From Chiloscyllium plagiosum (lineage: Eukaryota): a stretch of 64,000 nucleotides of DNA. Positions 48,385 to 61,530 of the stretch are shown piece by piece (position 1 is the stretch's first letter; each line of letters begins with the position of its first letter). The notes under the pieces were generated by a model that was given only the letters and a program-made list of their open reading frames with translations, ran no database searches and was not told the DNA's origin. Made by a program: the position numbers and the translations under genes. Location of the stretch: positions 4,427,049-4,491,048 of the forward strand of contig NC_057757.1 of NCBI RefSeq assembly GCF_004010195.1. Reading direction: 5' to 3'.

Positions 48385-48730
48385 GATTGCGGGATGACTT
48401 TACAGAGGCTTATAAAATCATGAGGGGCATCGATAGGGTAAATTGACCAGGCCTTTTCCCAGGAGTGAGTGAGTCCAAAACTAAAGAGCATGGGTTTAAG
48501 GTGAGGGGGGCAAGATTTAAAAGGGACTTAAGGGGCAACTTTTTCACATCGACGGTGGTGTGTGTGTGTGTGGAACAAGCTGCCGGAGGAATTGGTGAAT
48601 TGGTACAATTACAACATTTAAAAGGAATCTGGATGGGTATAAGAGTAGGAAGGGTTTAGAGGGATCCAGACCAAGTACTGGCAAATGGGACTAGAATTAT
48701 CTAGAATACATGGTCATGGATGAGTTGGAT
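48385..48730 (+). mobile_element. CR1-type LINE 3' fragment
   Basis: RFKRDLRGNFFT motif. Confidence 0.85.
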
Positions 48731-49164
48731 GCCAGTGTCTGCATCTAACTCAGAGACTGAGAGATTTTTGGAGGGTTCAACTCACACCAAAAAACCGAAC
48801 ACTGGGAATTTCCATTGGGACAATTCCCAAGCAGTCAGGGCACTGGGACTTCTGAGATATCCCGTCACACCTTTTAAAAATAACGCCAGTCTCTGAATAT
48901 CCTCAGGCTGAAAGACATTGCTCATGTTTTAGTCACCACTTTAAACTCTGTTGTAAGTTTTATGTTCAAACTTAAATACAAAGCCCAGTATCTATTTGTT
49001 CATCTGTGACTTTAACTATTCAGACAACAGGAGACAGTCTAATATGATAACTCATGAAATTTTGCTGCAATTATAATGTAGTACTGAACAAAGCAGGGCA
49101 GTGACATTATGTGTGTCGCGTTGAAAATTGGTATCCTTTATAAAACTGAACCTCTTTCAATATT

Positions 49165-49725
49165 AGCGGGGTTTAGTTTCGGAGCCATGAGGTCATGCTG
49201 CAGCTTGAGTAGCACTTGGTGTCTTGCGTGCAGTTCTGGTCACCAGGAAGGATGTGGAGGTTTTGAAAAGGGTTCAGAGGAGTTTTACCAGGATGTTGCC
49301 TGGTATGGAGGGAAGGTCTTACGAAGAAAGGCTGAGGGACTTGAGGCTGTTTTCATTAGAGAGAAGGTTGAGAGGTGACTTAATTGAGACATACAAGATA
49401 ATCAGAGGGTTAGAAAGGGTGGACAATGAGAGCCTTTTTGCTCAGTTGGCGATGGCTAGCATGAGGGGGCATAGCTTTAAATTGAGGGGCGATAGATATA
49501 GGACAGATGTCAGAGGTAGATTCTTTACTCAGAGAGTAGTAGGGGTGTGGAACGGCCTGCCTGAAACAGTAGTAGACTCGTGAACTTTAAGGGCATTTAA
49601 ATGGTCATTGGATAAACATATGTATGATACTGGAATAGTGGAGGTTAGATGGGCTTCAGATTACTGTCACCAGTTGGCTCAACATCGAGGCCTGAAGCGC
49701 CTGTACTGCACTGTAATGATCGGTG
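49165..49725 (+). mobile_element. CR1-type LINE 3' fragment
   Basis: ORF 49224-49583 RVQRSFTRMLPGMEG...RGDLIETYKII. Confidence 0.9.
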
Positions 49726-50364
49726 TTCAAACATTTCATATGTATATTTCACCTGTGCATCATTAGTAACTGGGCCCTGCCCGCTATATGTGGTTACAAA
49801 AGCAGGTCAGAGGCTATGAATACTGTAGTGAGTAATTCACATCCTGACTTCACCAAAGCCTGTTCACCATCTAAAAGGGACAGGTCAGGAGTGTGAGGCA
49901 GCGTTTCTCACTTGCCTGCAAGCCGGCAGCTCATCAGCAGCAGTCAAGAAGCTTGGCACCATCCAGAACAAAATATCCCACTTAATTTGAAGCACATCCA
50001 CAAATATTCGCTCGCTCCAAGTCAGACGTTCAGAAGTGCCACCTACAAGATGCAAGATTTCACCAAAGACCCATAGAAATCACTCTCTAAACTCACAATC
50101 ACTACCACCTCGAATGATAAGAGCAACCTGCTCATGGGAATGCCATGTAGAGAAACACTACTCACCATCCAGAGTTGGGAATATATCTCCATTGCTGCAC
50201 TGTTGCTGAGTCTGCAAACCCCTGGACAGTATGGGCAATTTAGACCATAAAATCTAAGACATCGGAGCAGAAATTAGGCCATTCAGCCCATTGAGTCTGC
50301 TCTGCCTTTCAATCCTGGCTGATACGTTTCTCAGCCCCATTCTCCCAATTTCTCACCATTCCCT

Positions 50365-50810
50365 ATCAGGAGGATGTTGTGAAACTTGAACTTAGAGGAT
50401 TTGAGCTACAAGGAGACGTTGAATTGGCGTCGGAGGCTGAGGGATGACCTTTTAGAGTTTTATAAAATGATGAGTGGCATCCATAGGGTGTATAGACAAG
50501 GTCTTTTCCCTGGGGTGGGGGAGTCCAGAACTAGAGACTATAGGTTTAGGGTGAGAGGGGAAAGATTTAAAAGGGACCCAAGGGGCAACTTTTTCATGCT
50601 GAGGGTGGTACGTGTATGGAAGGAGCTCCCAGAGGAAGTGATGGAGGCTGGTAAAATTACAGGCTGGATGGGTGCATGAATAGGAAGGGTTTAGAGGGAT
50701 ATAGGCCAAGAGCTGGAAAATGGGACTACATTAGGTTAGGATATCTAGTCGGCATAGACGAGTTGGACCGCAGGGTCTGTTTCCGAGCTGTACATCTCTT
50801 TGACTTTGTG
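50365..50810 (+). mobile_element. CR1-type LINE 3' fragment
   Basis: ORF 50386-50679 with ORF2 C-terminal motifs. Confidence 0.88.
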
Positions 50811-52464
50811 ATGCTAACCCTTGGTACTCAAAAACACACCAATCTTAAATACTTAATTTAGCATGGCCTACTGAATCAATATATCTTTGGACTGTGGGAG
50901 GGAACCGGAGCACCTGCAGGAATTCCATGCAGACACGGGTAGAATATGCGCACAGACGAAGGTGGAATGGAACCCAGGTCCCTGGCACTGTGACCCAGCA
51001 GTGCTAACCACCAAGCCACATGCCACTCCTGCAACGCTATGCATCTCGCTCCCTCATTGACCGAGGCGCTTTAGCAATGCCTGCTAGTTTTCACAGCTCA
51101 TTTGGAGCAGTGTTTAAAAGATTAGTTTGTGAGATTTCTTTATACATTCAGGAAATACATAGCCTGAAGTGGCAAAAGGATGAAAGTCTATGCAGTTACT
51201 AACTTAAATAGACATGATTATAATGTTAGACCTAATATAAAAATAACGTATTTTTTAGCCTGAGGTAATTGCTGAGATTCAAAAATGTTGGAAATTGAAA
51301 TAAAGCACCAAATTCCACAGTGAAACCAACCTCGCCTTCCCTTTTGTTACTAATATGTGGATAGGTTTTTGATAAGAATTGAACAAATTGCGAATATGCG
51401 AGCTTGTACAACTTGAAAGTTGAAAATCCTCACAATGGAATTCTGTGAACGCTAAACAGGGGACTCTCCACATGAACGGAGCAGTGGGTTCTCTTCATTC
51501 TGTTGAAGAAAACACTTGATTTCAAGTGAGGCTAAGCAGCGTGATAATGGAAACATAATCACCCTATCCCAGTAACCATGCAATTCCTATCGCAGATCCA
51601 GCTAGTCTTCACATCCCAGGGCAATTTAGCACAATCCATCCACAACCTAAACTTCTTTTGATGAAAATATACTGAGGTTCCAGTTAATTACAATTTTGTA
51701 CTAGAACACTCCCAGGCAAGGGGATTCAATTTTCATTGCAGGAAGGGCATAGGGCAATTAATATAATATTTAATTAAATTAGGGTGTAGGTTTGCTCGCC
51801 CTACACCTTAAATGTCAACCTGAGCAACAAACCTTCACAAACCTCGCAATTTAATTAATTGATTAATATGCTTTAATTGCTTGAGTAGCAATAAATTAAA
51901 TGAGTCATGCAATATCTATATCCCTACTAGCCTGACACCGCTCTCCCACTAACAGTTATATCCCATTCCCTGGCAACAATCTGAGATTGTCCAGTTCCTT
52001 TTTCAGGATGTTCCCAATGACCAGGAGTCCAGAACCAGGGGCCACAGCCTCAGGATACGGAGTTGGCCATTTTGGATTGAGATGAGGAGAAATCTTGTCA
52101 CCCAGAGAGTGGGGAGTCTGTGGAATTCTCTGCCTCAGAAAGTGGTTCAGGCCAAAACATTCAATGCTTTCAAAAAGTTCAATATAGTTCTTAGGGCTGA
52201 AGAAATCAAGGCTATGGTGGGGGCAGGGGTGGAGAAAGCTGTATCGATTTAGATCAGAGCCTTCATGTAAGTCGTTGTCATTTTCATGTTTGAAACCAAA
52301 TTAAAAGAAACGAAAAAGTATAGGGTGTGGTGTGAGTGGGTAAAGGTGAAATTTCGAACCTGATGACTACACATCACCTATGAATGATTTAGTGTCACGT
52401 AATCTGTTTGTTTAGTGGCCGTAAACAATCCCAAGCACCAGGGGACTCTGCTGCGTTTCACTGC

Positions 52465-52472
52465 TATAAGAA
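52465..52472 (+). promoter_or_regulatory. Candidate TATA box for GPCR gene 2
   Basis: TATAAGAA about 100 bp upstream of the ATG at 52568. Confidence 0.35.
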
Positions 52473-52567
52473 ACCCACATTTCTCCCAACGTGCCCATCA
52501 GTGAACTGAACACCACATCAGGAGCCAACCTCAGAAAGCAAGCAGCAAGCTTACAGCAAAACAAGGG

Positions 52568-52664
52568 ATGGGTCTCAGTTTCTGGATAAAGCTGCGGATA
52601 TTACAAGTGGTTTATGCTATGCAGAAGATTTATTTCCCCATTCTGGCTGCGTTTGGTGTCCCGG
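52568..52664 (+). CDS. GPR139/GPR142-like GPCR gene 2, exon 1
   Basis: MGLSFWIKLRILQVVYAMQKIYFPILAAFGVP+G, donor G|GTATGT in phase 1, same intron position as gene 1. Confidence 0.9.
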
Positions 52665-52843
52665 GTATGTTTATTGTCTGCTGCTACATCAGAAATCCAA
52701 GATGGACTGTCGGAGGCAACATAGTCTGTCCGACCACATCCTGATGCTGACATGCTCTGTTTTATAAGAAGTGAATGCAAGCTGTCCGATTACTGCAGTT
52801 ACTACAAGCCAGGTGGAATTCACTGACAGTGAGGTGCTTTCAA

Positions 52844-52858
52844 TCTATCTACCTACCC

Positions 52859-52923
<65 letters not shown>

Positions 52924-52930
52924 CCTATCT
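52844..52930. repeat. (TCTA)n microsatellite in GPCR gene 2 intron
   Basis: Direct inspection. Confidence 0.95.
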
Positions 52931-53336
52931 GTATATTTACCTTTCTATTTTTCTTCCTTTCTTTCTTTATTTCTTGCTTGCTTGCTTTATTCCTTTTCTT
53001 TCTTTCTTTCTTGAATTTCTGTTGCAAACAAGCTTTATTTTGCATCACCTTGATATGATCTAACTGAATTCTAAATTTTTAAGAGAAACCTAATCTGATG
53101 ACATAATATTGCCCAGATTCTGTTCAGTTTCATTATTGACAAAAGTATCATGCTAATTCATGTCAACTGCAATGTTTTTCCTCAGCTAGCCCACAATTGC
53201 TTATATAGTCCTCTCATCGAGTCAGTGGAATCACAGAGCTTTTACAGAATACATGATAAATCATTTCATGCTGTAGAGTTTGCGCCAGTCAACGATTAGT
53301 TGGTGAATCATTTTGCTCTTTTCTCCTTGCTCACAG

Positions 53337-54235
53337 TCAACATGGTGACGATCATAATCCTATCTAGGGGAAAGTGTGGTCTCTCCAAATGCATAACTTA
53401 CTATCTGGTGGCCATGGCACTGGCAGATTTGCTGGTTGTTATCATCGATCTGATACTGAGGCAGATTCCAATAGTTTATGCGGAGCAATTCTTGTTCTTA
53501 AGAGATGTAAGAGTGTGCAATCTTCATGCTATCTTGCTTTATGCCATTACAGACTGTTCTGTCTGGTTCACAGTCACTTTTACCTTTGATCGATTTGTTG
53601 CCATTTGCTGCCAGAAACTAAGATCTAAGTATTGTACTAAGAAAACAGCAGCTGTGGTCTTAGTGACAGTGACAGTGCTCAGCTGTTTAAAGAATATCTT
53701 CTGGTATTTTCTCTACTCAAGTCAATATTGGCTTTCTAACAGTCCCTGGTTTTGTCGAGTGACAGTGGGTGTATCATTTTCTCTGGTCTGGACTGTTGTG
53801 GAATTGATACATTACATTATAACACCATTTATCCCATTCCTTTTGATTCTACTTCTCAATGCGTTGACAGTCAGAAATATTTTAGTGGCGAGCCGAGCCC
53901 GGAAGAGACTCCAGTGTCGAAACAACGGAGAGACTTCCAGTGATCCAGAGATGGAAAATCGACGGAAATCCATGATTTTGTTGTTTGTCATCTCGGGGAA
54001 TTTTATTCTGCTGTGGGTTGTGTTCATGGTTTGTTCTATTTTGCGACGGTTGGATTATTTGGGATACCCCATTCCTCTGCCGATATTTGTCAGGGAATTG
54101 GGCTTCATGCTCCAGCTCCTGAGCTGCTGCACAAACACTTTTATTTATGCAGTGACCCAGAGGAAATTTAGAAAGGAGCTAAAGAATGCAGTGACACTTT
54201 CCTTTTCCAAGGTAATGAAGTTAAAGCGATGTTAG
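53337..54235 (+). CDS. GPR139/GPR142-like GPCR gene 2, exon 2 (spliced product 331 aa)
   Basis: Acceptor ttttctccttgctcacAG; GKCGLSKCITYYLVAMALADLL, TFDRFVAIC, ITPFIPF, DPEMENRRKS, NTFIY and KFRKE. Confidence 0.95.
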
Positions 54236-54237
54236 GA

Positions 54238-54241
54238 TCTA

Positions 54242-54305
<64 letters not shown>

Positions 54306-54334
54306 GTCTGTCTGTCTGCCTGTCTGTCCGTCTG

Positions 54335-54381
<47 letters not shown>

Positions 54382-54410
54382 GACTGTCTGTCTATCTATC
54401 TATCTGTCTG

Positions 54411-54469
<59 letters not shown>

Positions 54470-54486
54470 GTCCATCTGTCTATCTG

Positions 54487-54544
<58 letters not shown>

Positions 54545-54582
54545 GATCTATCTCTCTATCTATCTATATCTCTATCTATCTT

Positions 54583-54643
<61 letters not shown>

Positions 54644-54736
54644 GTCTATCTATCAATCTATCTGTCTATCTATCTGTCCGCCTGTCTATCTATCTATCTA
54701 TCTATCTCTCTATCTATCTATCTCTCTATCTATCTT

Positions 54737-54811
<75 letters not shown>

Positions 54812-54899
54812 GTCTGTCTATCTATCTATCAATCTATCTATCTATCTATCTCTCGATCGATCGATCTATCTCTCTATCTACCACTCTATCTATCTTTCC

Positions 54900-54954
<55 letters not shown>

Positions 54955-55000
54955 CGTCTATCCGTCTATCCGTCTGTCTGTCTATCTATCTATCTATCTG

Positions 55001-55077
<77 letters not shown>
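54238..55077. repeat. About 840-bp (TCTA)n/(TCTG)n (GATA-type) microsatellite
   Basis: Direct inspection; begins a few bases after the gene 2 stop codon. Confidence 0.98.
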
Positions 55078-55846
55078 AGTTTTGCCTCACATTGTACTAC
55101 AGTGGGTTGCTTACAGACACTTCAAAATGTTTCAACAGCAGGTGAAAATCCAAATATCGCCCATAGTATAAGAAACCGCTTTGTAATTTTAAAGTTAACA
55201 TTAAAAATCTTCGTGGCTGCAATAAGAAACACAAATAAATCATTATGAAACAAGTTGATAAATGGCTCTAGGGCATGGATAGAAATAACCATTTTCTCTG
55301 TATGATTTTCAACGCTTATCACAGAAATCATTCATTCTGCCATCCATCCAATCATTCATAAAGGGGATCTTGAGGATGTTTGTTGCATTGATTTCTGGAA
55401 GGCATTTGACAAGGTGCCACATCAAAGGTGAGAACTCATGGCAGTGGGGATAACATATTAGCACGGATGGATGATGGTTGGGTAACAGCAAACAGAGGAC
55501 AGGCATAAATTGGTTAATTTTGCATTGGCAGAAGTTAACAAGTGGTGTGCAAAAGGGATCAGTGTTGAGTCCTCAATCTTTACAACGTAGCTCAACGGCT
55601 TGGCTGAAGGGACAGAAAGTCCTTGTTGGGTTGGAGGGGGAGTTGAAGTGTTTGACCACAGGGCATTGGGTTGTTTAGTGCGTGTGTCCCAGAGATTCTC
55701 TCTGAAACATTCCGCATGTTGGCGTCTTATCTCCCCAGTGTAATGGAGACCACACCAAGAGTAACGGAGACAGAAGATGACGTGTGTGGAAGTACAGGTA
55801 AATCTCTGTGGGATGTGGAAGGATCATTTGGGGCCTTGGAGAGAGG

Positions 55847-56393
55847 NNNNNNNNNNNNNNNNNNNNNNNNNNNNNNNNNNNNNNNNNNNNNNNNNNNNNN
55901 NNNNNNNNNNNNNNNNNNNNNNNNNNNNNNNNNNNNNNNNNNNNNNNNNNNNNNNNNNNNNNNNNNNNNNNNNNNNNNNNNNNNNNNNNNNNNNNNNNNN
56001 NNNNNNNNNNNNNNNNNNNNNNNNNNNNNNNNNNNNNNNNNNNNNNNNNNNNNNNNNNNNNNNNNNNNNNNNNNNNNNNNNNNNNNNNNNNNNNNNNNNN
56101 NNNNNNNNNNNNNNNNNNNNNNNNNNNNNNNNNNNNNNNNNNNNNNNNNNNNNNNNNNNNNNNNNNNNNNNNNNNNNNNNNNNNNNNNNNNNNNNNNNNN
56201 NNNNNNNNNNNNNNNNNNNNNNNNNNNNNNNNNNNNNNNNNNNNNNNNNNNNNNNNNNNNNNNNNNNNNNNNNNNNNNNNNNNNNNNNNNNNNNNNNNNN
56301 NNNNNNNNNNNNNNNNNNNNNNNNNNNNNNNNNNNNNNNNNNNNNNNNNNNNNNNNNNNNNNNNNNNNNNNNNNNNNNNNNNNNNNNNNNNNN
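55847..56393. other. Assembly gap (547 N)
   Basis: Run of N. Confidence 1.
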
Positions 56394-56570
56394 TCACCTG
56401 ACCTGCACATCTTTGGACTGTGGGAGGAAACCGGAGCACCCGGAGGAAACCCACGCAGACACGGGGAGAACATGCAAACTCCACACAGTCAGTCGCCCGA
56501 GTCGGGAATTGAACCCGGGTCTCTGGCGCTGTGAGGCAGCAGTGCTAACCACTGTGCCACCGTGCCGCCC
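56394..56570 (-). mobile_element. HE1/V-SINE-type SINE 5' half (rest in gap)
   Basis: Reverse complement of tRNA head and V-domain core. Confidence 0.9.
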
Positions 56571-56746
56571 AAATGTGTTGCTGGAAAAGCGCAGCAGGTC
56601 AGGCAGCATCCAAGGAGCAGGGGAATCGATGTTTTGGGCATGAGCCCTTCTTCAGGAATTCCTGAAGAAGGGCTCATGCCCAAAAGGTCGATTCACCTGC
56701 TCCTTGGATGCTGCATGACCTGCTGTGCTTTTCCAACAACACATTT
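56571..56746. repeat. 176-bp spacerless palindrome of the Penelope family A terminus
   Basis: 88-bp arms centred on GAATTC (56656-56661), 6 mismatches by manual alignment. Confidence 0.93.
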
Positions 56747-58984
56747 TCAGCCCTGTTTAAATTATGTCCCAGGATACTAAAACCCAAGCGAGTTCGAATT
56801 TATTGTTCTGCCAACCTCAAACCAATGAGACGATCTGATGTTTGGGGTACAAAAAATGCAGCCATTTTGAAAGTCAGACAAAGTAACTGCTATCAACAGA
56901 GTAACTGCCAGTGACAGAATAATTGCCAGCGACAGAATAATTACCATCAACAGAGTAACTGCTGGTGAAACACTCTCTATAAAGGTACCTTTTCATATGA
57001 AATATATTCACAGTAAAAAGAAAGAAGATGACTGAGACAGATCTTCACCCAGAAGAAGAGAGAAAGAAAGAGGAGTTGACAGTGGCTGTTTGGTTTTGAA
57101 ATTAAGTTGATGTCATTTTGATAAGTGTTTAATGGAGCAGTATACTGCCATAGAGTTGGAGGCAGATAATAGGCAGTTAAGAGAAAGGGGGGCTTAGAGT
57201 TGTGAATACTTGTTGTTTAATGTTCACTTTTAGAGTTAAAGAATAAATTGATATTATCTTCTTTTAGTAGTGGAATTTGAGAGTTCTCTCACTCGTATTT
57301 TAACAGATGCAGAGATAAGGTGAGCTGTTCTGGGGGTTTGAGTTAATTAACAGAAGAGTTCACCCCCATGTTGTAACACTCTTAGCATCAATCCTCCATC
57401 AGAATTGTACATATTTGAACAAGATCACCTTTCCTGTTCCTAAACTCCAATGGGTTCAGGCCCATACTGCTCAGCCTTTGTTCATCAGATAAACCCTCTT
57501 AACTTCAGGACTCAGCCAAGTCAGCTTTCTCTCAACTGCCTCCAATCCAACGTTGTGCCTCATTAATAATGGTGAAGACTGCAGTTAATATTCTGGGATG
57601 CAGACTTCCTGATGCTCTGTGTGGTGGAAGCAACCCATCCCTCCTTTCAGAAGCTATCCTCTTTTCAATAAAAGCTAGCAGTCCATTTGCTGAACTCATT
57701 ACTTGGCACACAGATTAACTTGGAGATAGCGAGGACGGCAGATGCTGGAAAGTCAGAATTGATAAAATGTGGAGCTGTAGAAAGCACAGCAGGTCAAGCA
57801 GCATCAGAAAAGCAGGAAAGTCGACATATCAGGCAGGACCCTCAGACTCTCCAGCATCCGCAATGCTCACTATCTCCAAGTTGCTGAAAACCATACTGCG
57901 AAGCCTCTGCCAAGGATGCCCAGCTTGAAGCAGTTTTCCTCCTCCCCCCAACAAAGACCTCAGTGAATCTCTCTCCCATTGCAACCCCCTGGTCATCAGG
58001 CCAGTCCTGATTAAGGCTCCTGCTCGAAACATCGATTCTGCTGCTCCTCTGCTGCTCCTTTTTCCAGCTTCACATTTTATTGTCACATATTAACTTACGT
58101 TTTCTGAGACATGGATAAGATCTGTACCACAGTACTGTCCACTGTCTCAATCTTAATAATGCTGTGAACTTCTATTCTTGTGTCAAATAGACAGCATCAC
58201 ATTTCTCCATGTTATACCCCAAACTGCTGCCCACTCACTGAACCTAGCTTTTTCACATTTGCACAAGCCCCTCTCAACTTGCTTTTGCAATATAGGTTCA
58301 CATCAGCTGAAAGTATGCTAAATACAATCCATCCCATCATTAAAATTATTATCTTGATTGTAAATAATTGAGATCTGAGTTCTGATCTGTGACATTATAG
58401 TAATACTCTGAACATGAGAGTTATTCCAATCTGTTCTCTATTGTGTAGCCAGCCCTCTATCCGTGCTAACAGGTGATCTCCAAAACCACCCGCTCTTATC
58501 TACTGGAGGTTGCTGGGTAGTGAGCGTGTTCCCTTCCCGAGTACATGATTTGTACGCAAAGAGAATTCAATACAGTTCAGTATAAAATATCCATTCATTA
58601 AGTACAAGTGAATGTTCATATGTCAAAATCTCAAAACTTAAATTTAGCACGGGATCTTATACATAAGTACAGGCTTTTGTAAGCTGGGGATCGCGTAGGA
58701 ATCTTTTCTGTGTAACCTTATTGAACGGTTGTTTGAAATCCAAACGCATTCCATCTGTCAGTTAAAAACAGACAGTGCTGAAGAAACTCAACAAGTTTGA
58801 CAACATCTGTGGAGAAAGAAACAGAGTTAACATTTTGAGACCAATGTGACTTTTCTTCAGAATGTCTACTGGTTTCCCTTTCTGCATTTACTCTCTTACA
58901 TCCTCAAAGAATGCAAATACATTTATCTAGCACTCCTTCCTGGGAACATTGTAATGTGTGTTCACATCCCTTTCATTCTCTCAC

Positions 58985-59815
58985 TGGATGTGGGTATCTT
59001 TGGCTGGCCAAATTTAATTGCCTGTCCCTTGTTGCTCCTTGAGAAGGTGGTGGGGAGCTGTCTTCTTTAACCACTGCAGTCCATGTGCTGTAGGTAGACC
59101 ACAGGGTGTTTAGGGAAGGAATTCCAAGATTTGGACCCAGTGACACTGAAGTAACAGTGACTTATTCCAAGTCTGGACAGGGAGTGGCTCGGAGGGGAAC
59201 TTGCAATGTACGGTCTCCCCATGTATCTACTGCCCTGTCCTTCTGGGTGGAAGTGGTCATGGGTTTAAAGAATTCTGTCCATGGTTCCTTGATACATTTC
59301 TGCTGGTCATCATTCAAATGGGACACCCTGCTCCTACTGGGTGTTGGTGCTTGTGGGATGGAATCTTTATGGATGTGGTGCCAGTCAAGTGGGCTACTTT
59401 GTCCTGGATGACATTGAGCTTCTTGAGAATTCTTGGAGAGGAACTCATGCATGCATTTGGGGAATATTCCATCACACTCCTAAGTTGTACCTTGTAGATG
59501 ATGGACAGGCTCTGGGGAGCCCGGTGCTGAGTTAGTTACTGTTTTATTCCTCACCTCTGTCTTTCCTGTAGTCACTGTGTTGAAATGGGTCAGTTTAGTT
59601 CATTTTCTGGACAATGGTCACCTCCAGGATGTTGATAATGAGGGACTCAGTGATGGAAACACCCTTCCACGCTAAAGGGTTGGATTGTCTCTAATCAGAA
59701 ATGGTCATTGTCCGGCATTTGCGTGGTACGTGCCACTTTTCAGCTGAAACCTGGATATTGTCCAGGTCTTGCTGCATTTGGACACAGACAGCTTCAGTGA
59801 CTGAGGAGTCATGAA
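58985..59815 (-). mobile_element. Old CR1/L2-group LINE 3' fragment of a second family
   Basis: Reverse-strand similarity to the plus-strand copy near 49800-50210 (ccatctacaaggtacaacttaggagtgtgatggaatattcccca...). Confidence 0.65.
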
Positions 59816-61530
59816 TGGTTCTCAACATTGTGCAATCATTTAACGCGAATGAAATACTTCTGTCATAAGAAAGTTGTTACACTCTGGATACCTTCTGATG
59901 AAGTAATGTTAACAGTATAATTTCAGTGTGTATGAAAGTATGGAAATATTATCATTTCAACGTGCAACAATTACAGGAGTAACTAATTTCTGAATATCTA
60001 ACTTACAAATGCCCATACTTATTAACACGCTTTCATACAGGGCTGTAATTTTAAAGATGTGACATATATCCTCCTGTCTCCTGTGCTTGTGGAGGCTTCT
60101 TTATATTGGTATGGGCTGAGCCAGACCCCTCAAAACATTACTAAGCAGATAGACCCGACCGTAACTTTGCTATTTATTTTAGCTTTGTGTCTTGTGGATA
60201 TTTCTGGAGTAAATTAGCAAGGTTGACTGTCCGGTTTTAAATAAACAAAATTTATGACAAAATTACGGAATGAATCACAAAGAACAGAAAACAGAATACT
60301 GGATAACTTTTCCTATCCAAACCCGGCTTAATGATGCTGCTCCCAAAATACTTGCAACAGTTCCAATACACATCAGATTAGAATTAGAATTAGAATCCTA
60401 CAGCCCTTCTGCCCAATCAATCCACACTGACCCACCGAAGAATAACCCACCCAGACCTATTCCCCTACCCTATATTTGCCCCTGACTAATAACCTACATT
60501 CCTCAGCACAAACAGTAAACAATGGCACAGACAACTTACAATTCGGAATTAAAAGGGCAGACGGACAGAGAGAAGGCTTCTAGTTTCCCCTGTGATCCTT
60601 ACTCAACTCCTTCCTGAACTGAATAATGTTCTGAACTGCACAACTAGAGAGCTGGCCATGCCCCCTTGACTACACCAGTTTTTCAAGCTTTTGGGCTGAA
60701 GCACCATCTGTTGGGGTAAATAGCAAGACTCCATTGAACAATTCAAACTTCAGACATGGTGGAGCCTGGCAAATTACCCCCTCTCTGAAAAAAAAACTCA
60801 AGGGCAAAATACCCCTGTACAAGACCAGCCTTGTGGCAATATTGTCCTGCATTGTCTTCTGAATTGAATCCATTCACATCCCCTGGTGCCTGTAATGTCT
60901 ATGTTTTCAATATTAGAATTGAATGAGGACATGCATTAGAGGCTGGAGGAGGACATTTGGCCCCTCCAACTTGTGGGCCCATTCAATTGAGTCTGCTTGT
61001 AACTTCAAATCCACATTCCTGCTGACCCTCAACAACTGATAGAACTGAAAGAACATTAAGGTTATCATTCCTTTACAATGTTATTGGTCACAGATCTACA
61101 GCAGTATTGGACATATCATGATCTCCTTTTAACAAAGTACTAGTACTGCCCAGTCACAATTATTACTGGCCCATTTATCACTTGATATTGCAGGTTCCCA
61201 TAGTCACTATGTTGTCACTGCTAATCTTCATCTCATATCACCCTTTCAATTCATTTGGGTCTCTTTTATTCATATTGAGGAGATGTCAATATGGATGATG
61301 TTGTTCTCCTTTGAAAATAGGAAGGGTCAGCATGAAAGTGAGTGACACTTGACAGATTCACAGCCCTTTGAGGGAAGTAATTCCTTCTCATTTCGCTTTC
61401 AAATCTGACACCCCTTTTCCTAAAACTATGACATTTTCTTCCAGATTGTCCCACAAAGTGAAATAGCTGCTCTGTATCGAATCTTAAAACTCCATCAGTA
61501 ATGACTTTTCTCTTATTCTATCCTGTCCAG

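Noticed and set aside
54229..55248. 339-aa (IYLS)n ORF
   Set aside because: Translation of the TCTA microsatellite.
61155..61210. Possible remnant exon 1 of the GPCR pseudogene
   Set aside because: Only a vague YY.P...VP resemblance, with no intact frame or clear donor.
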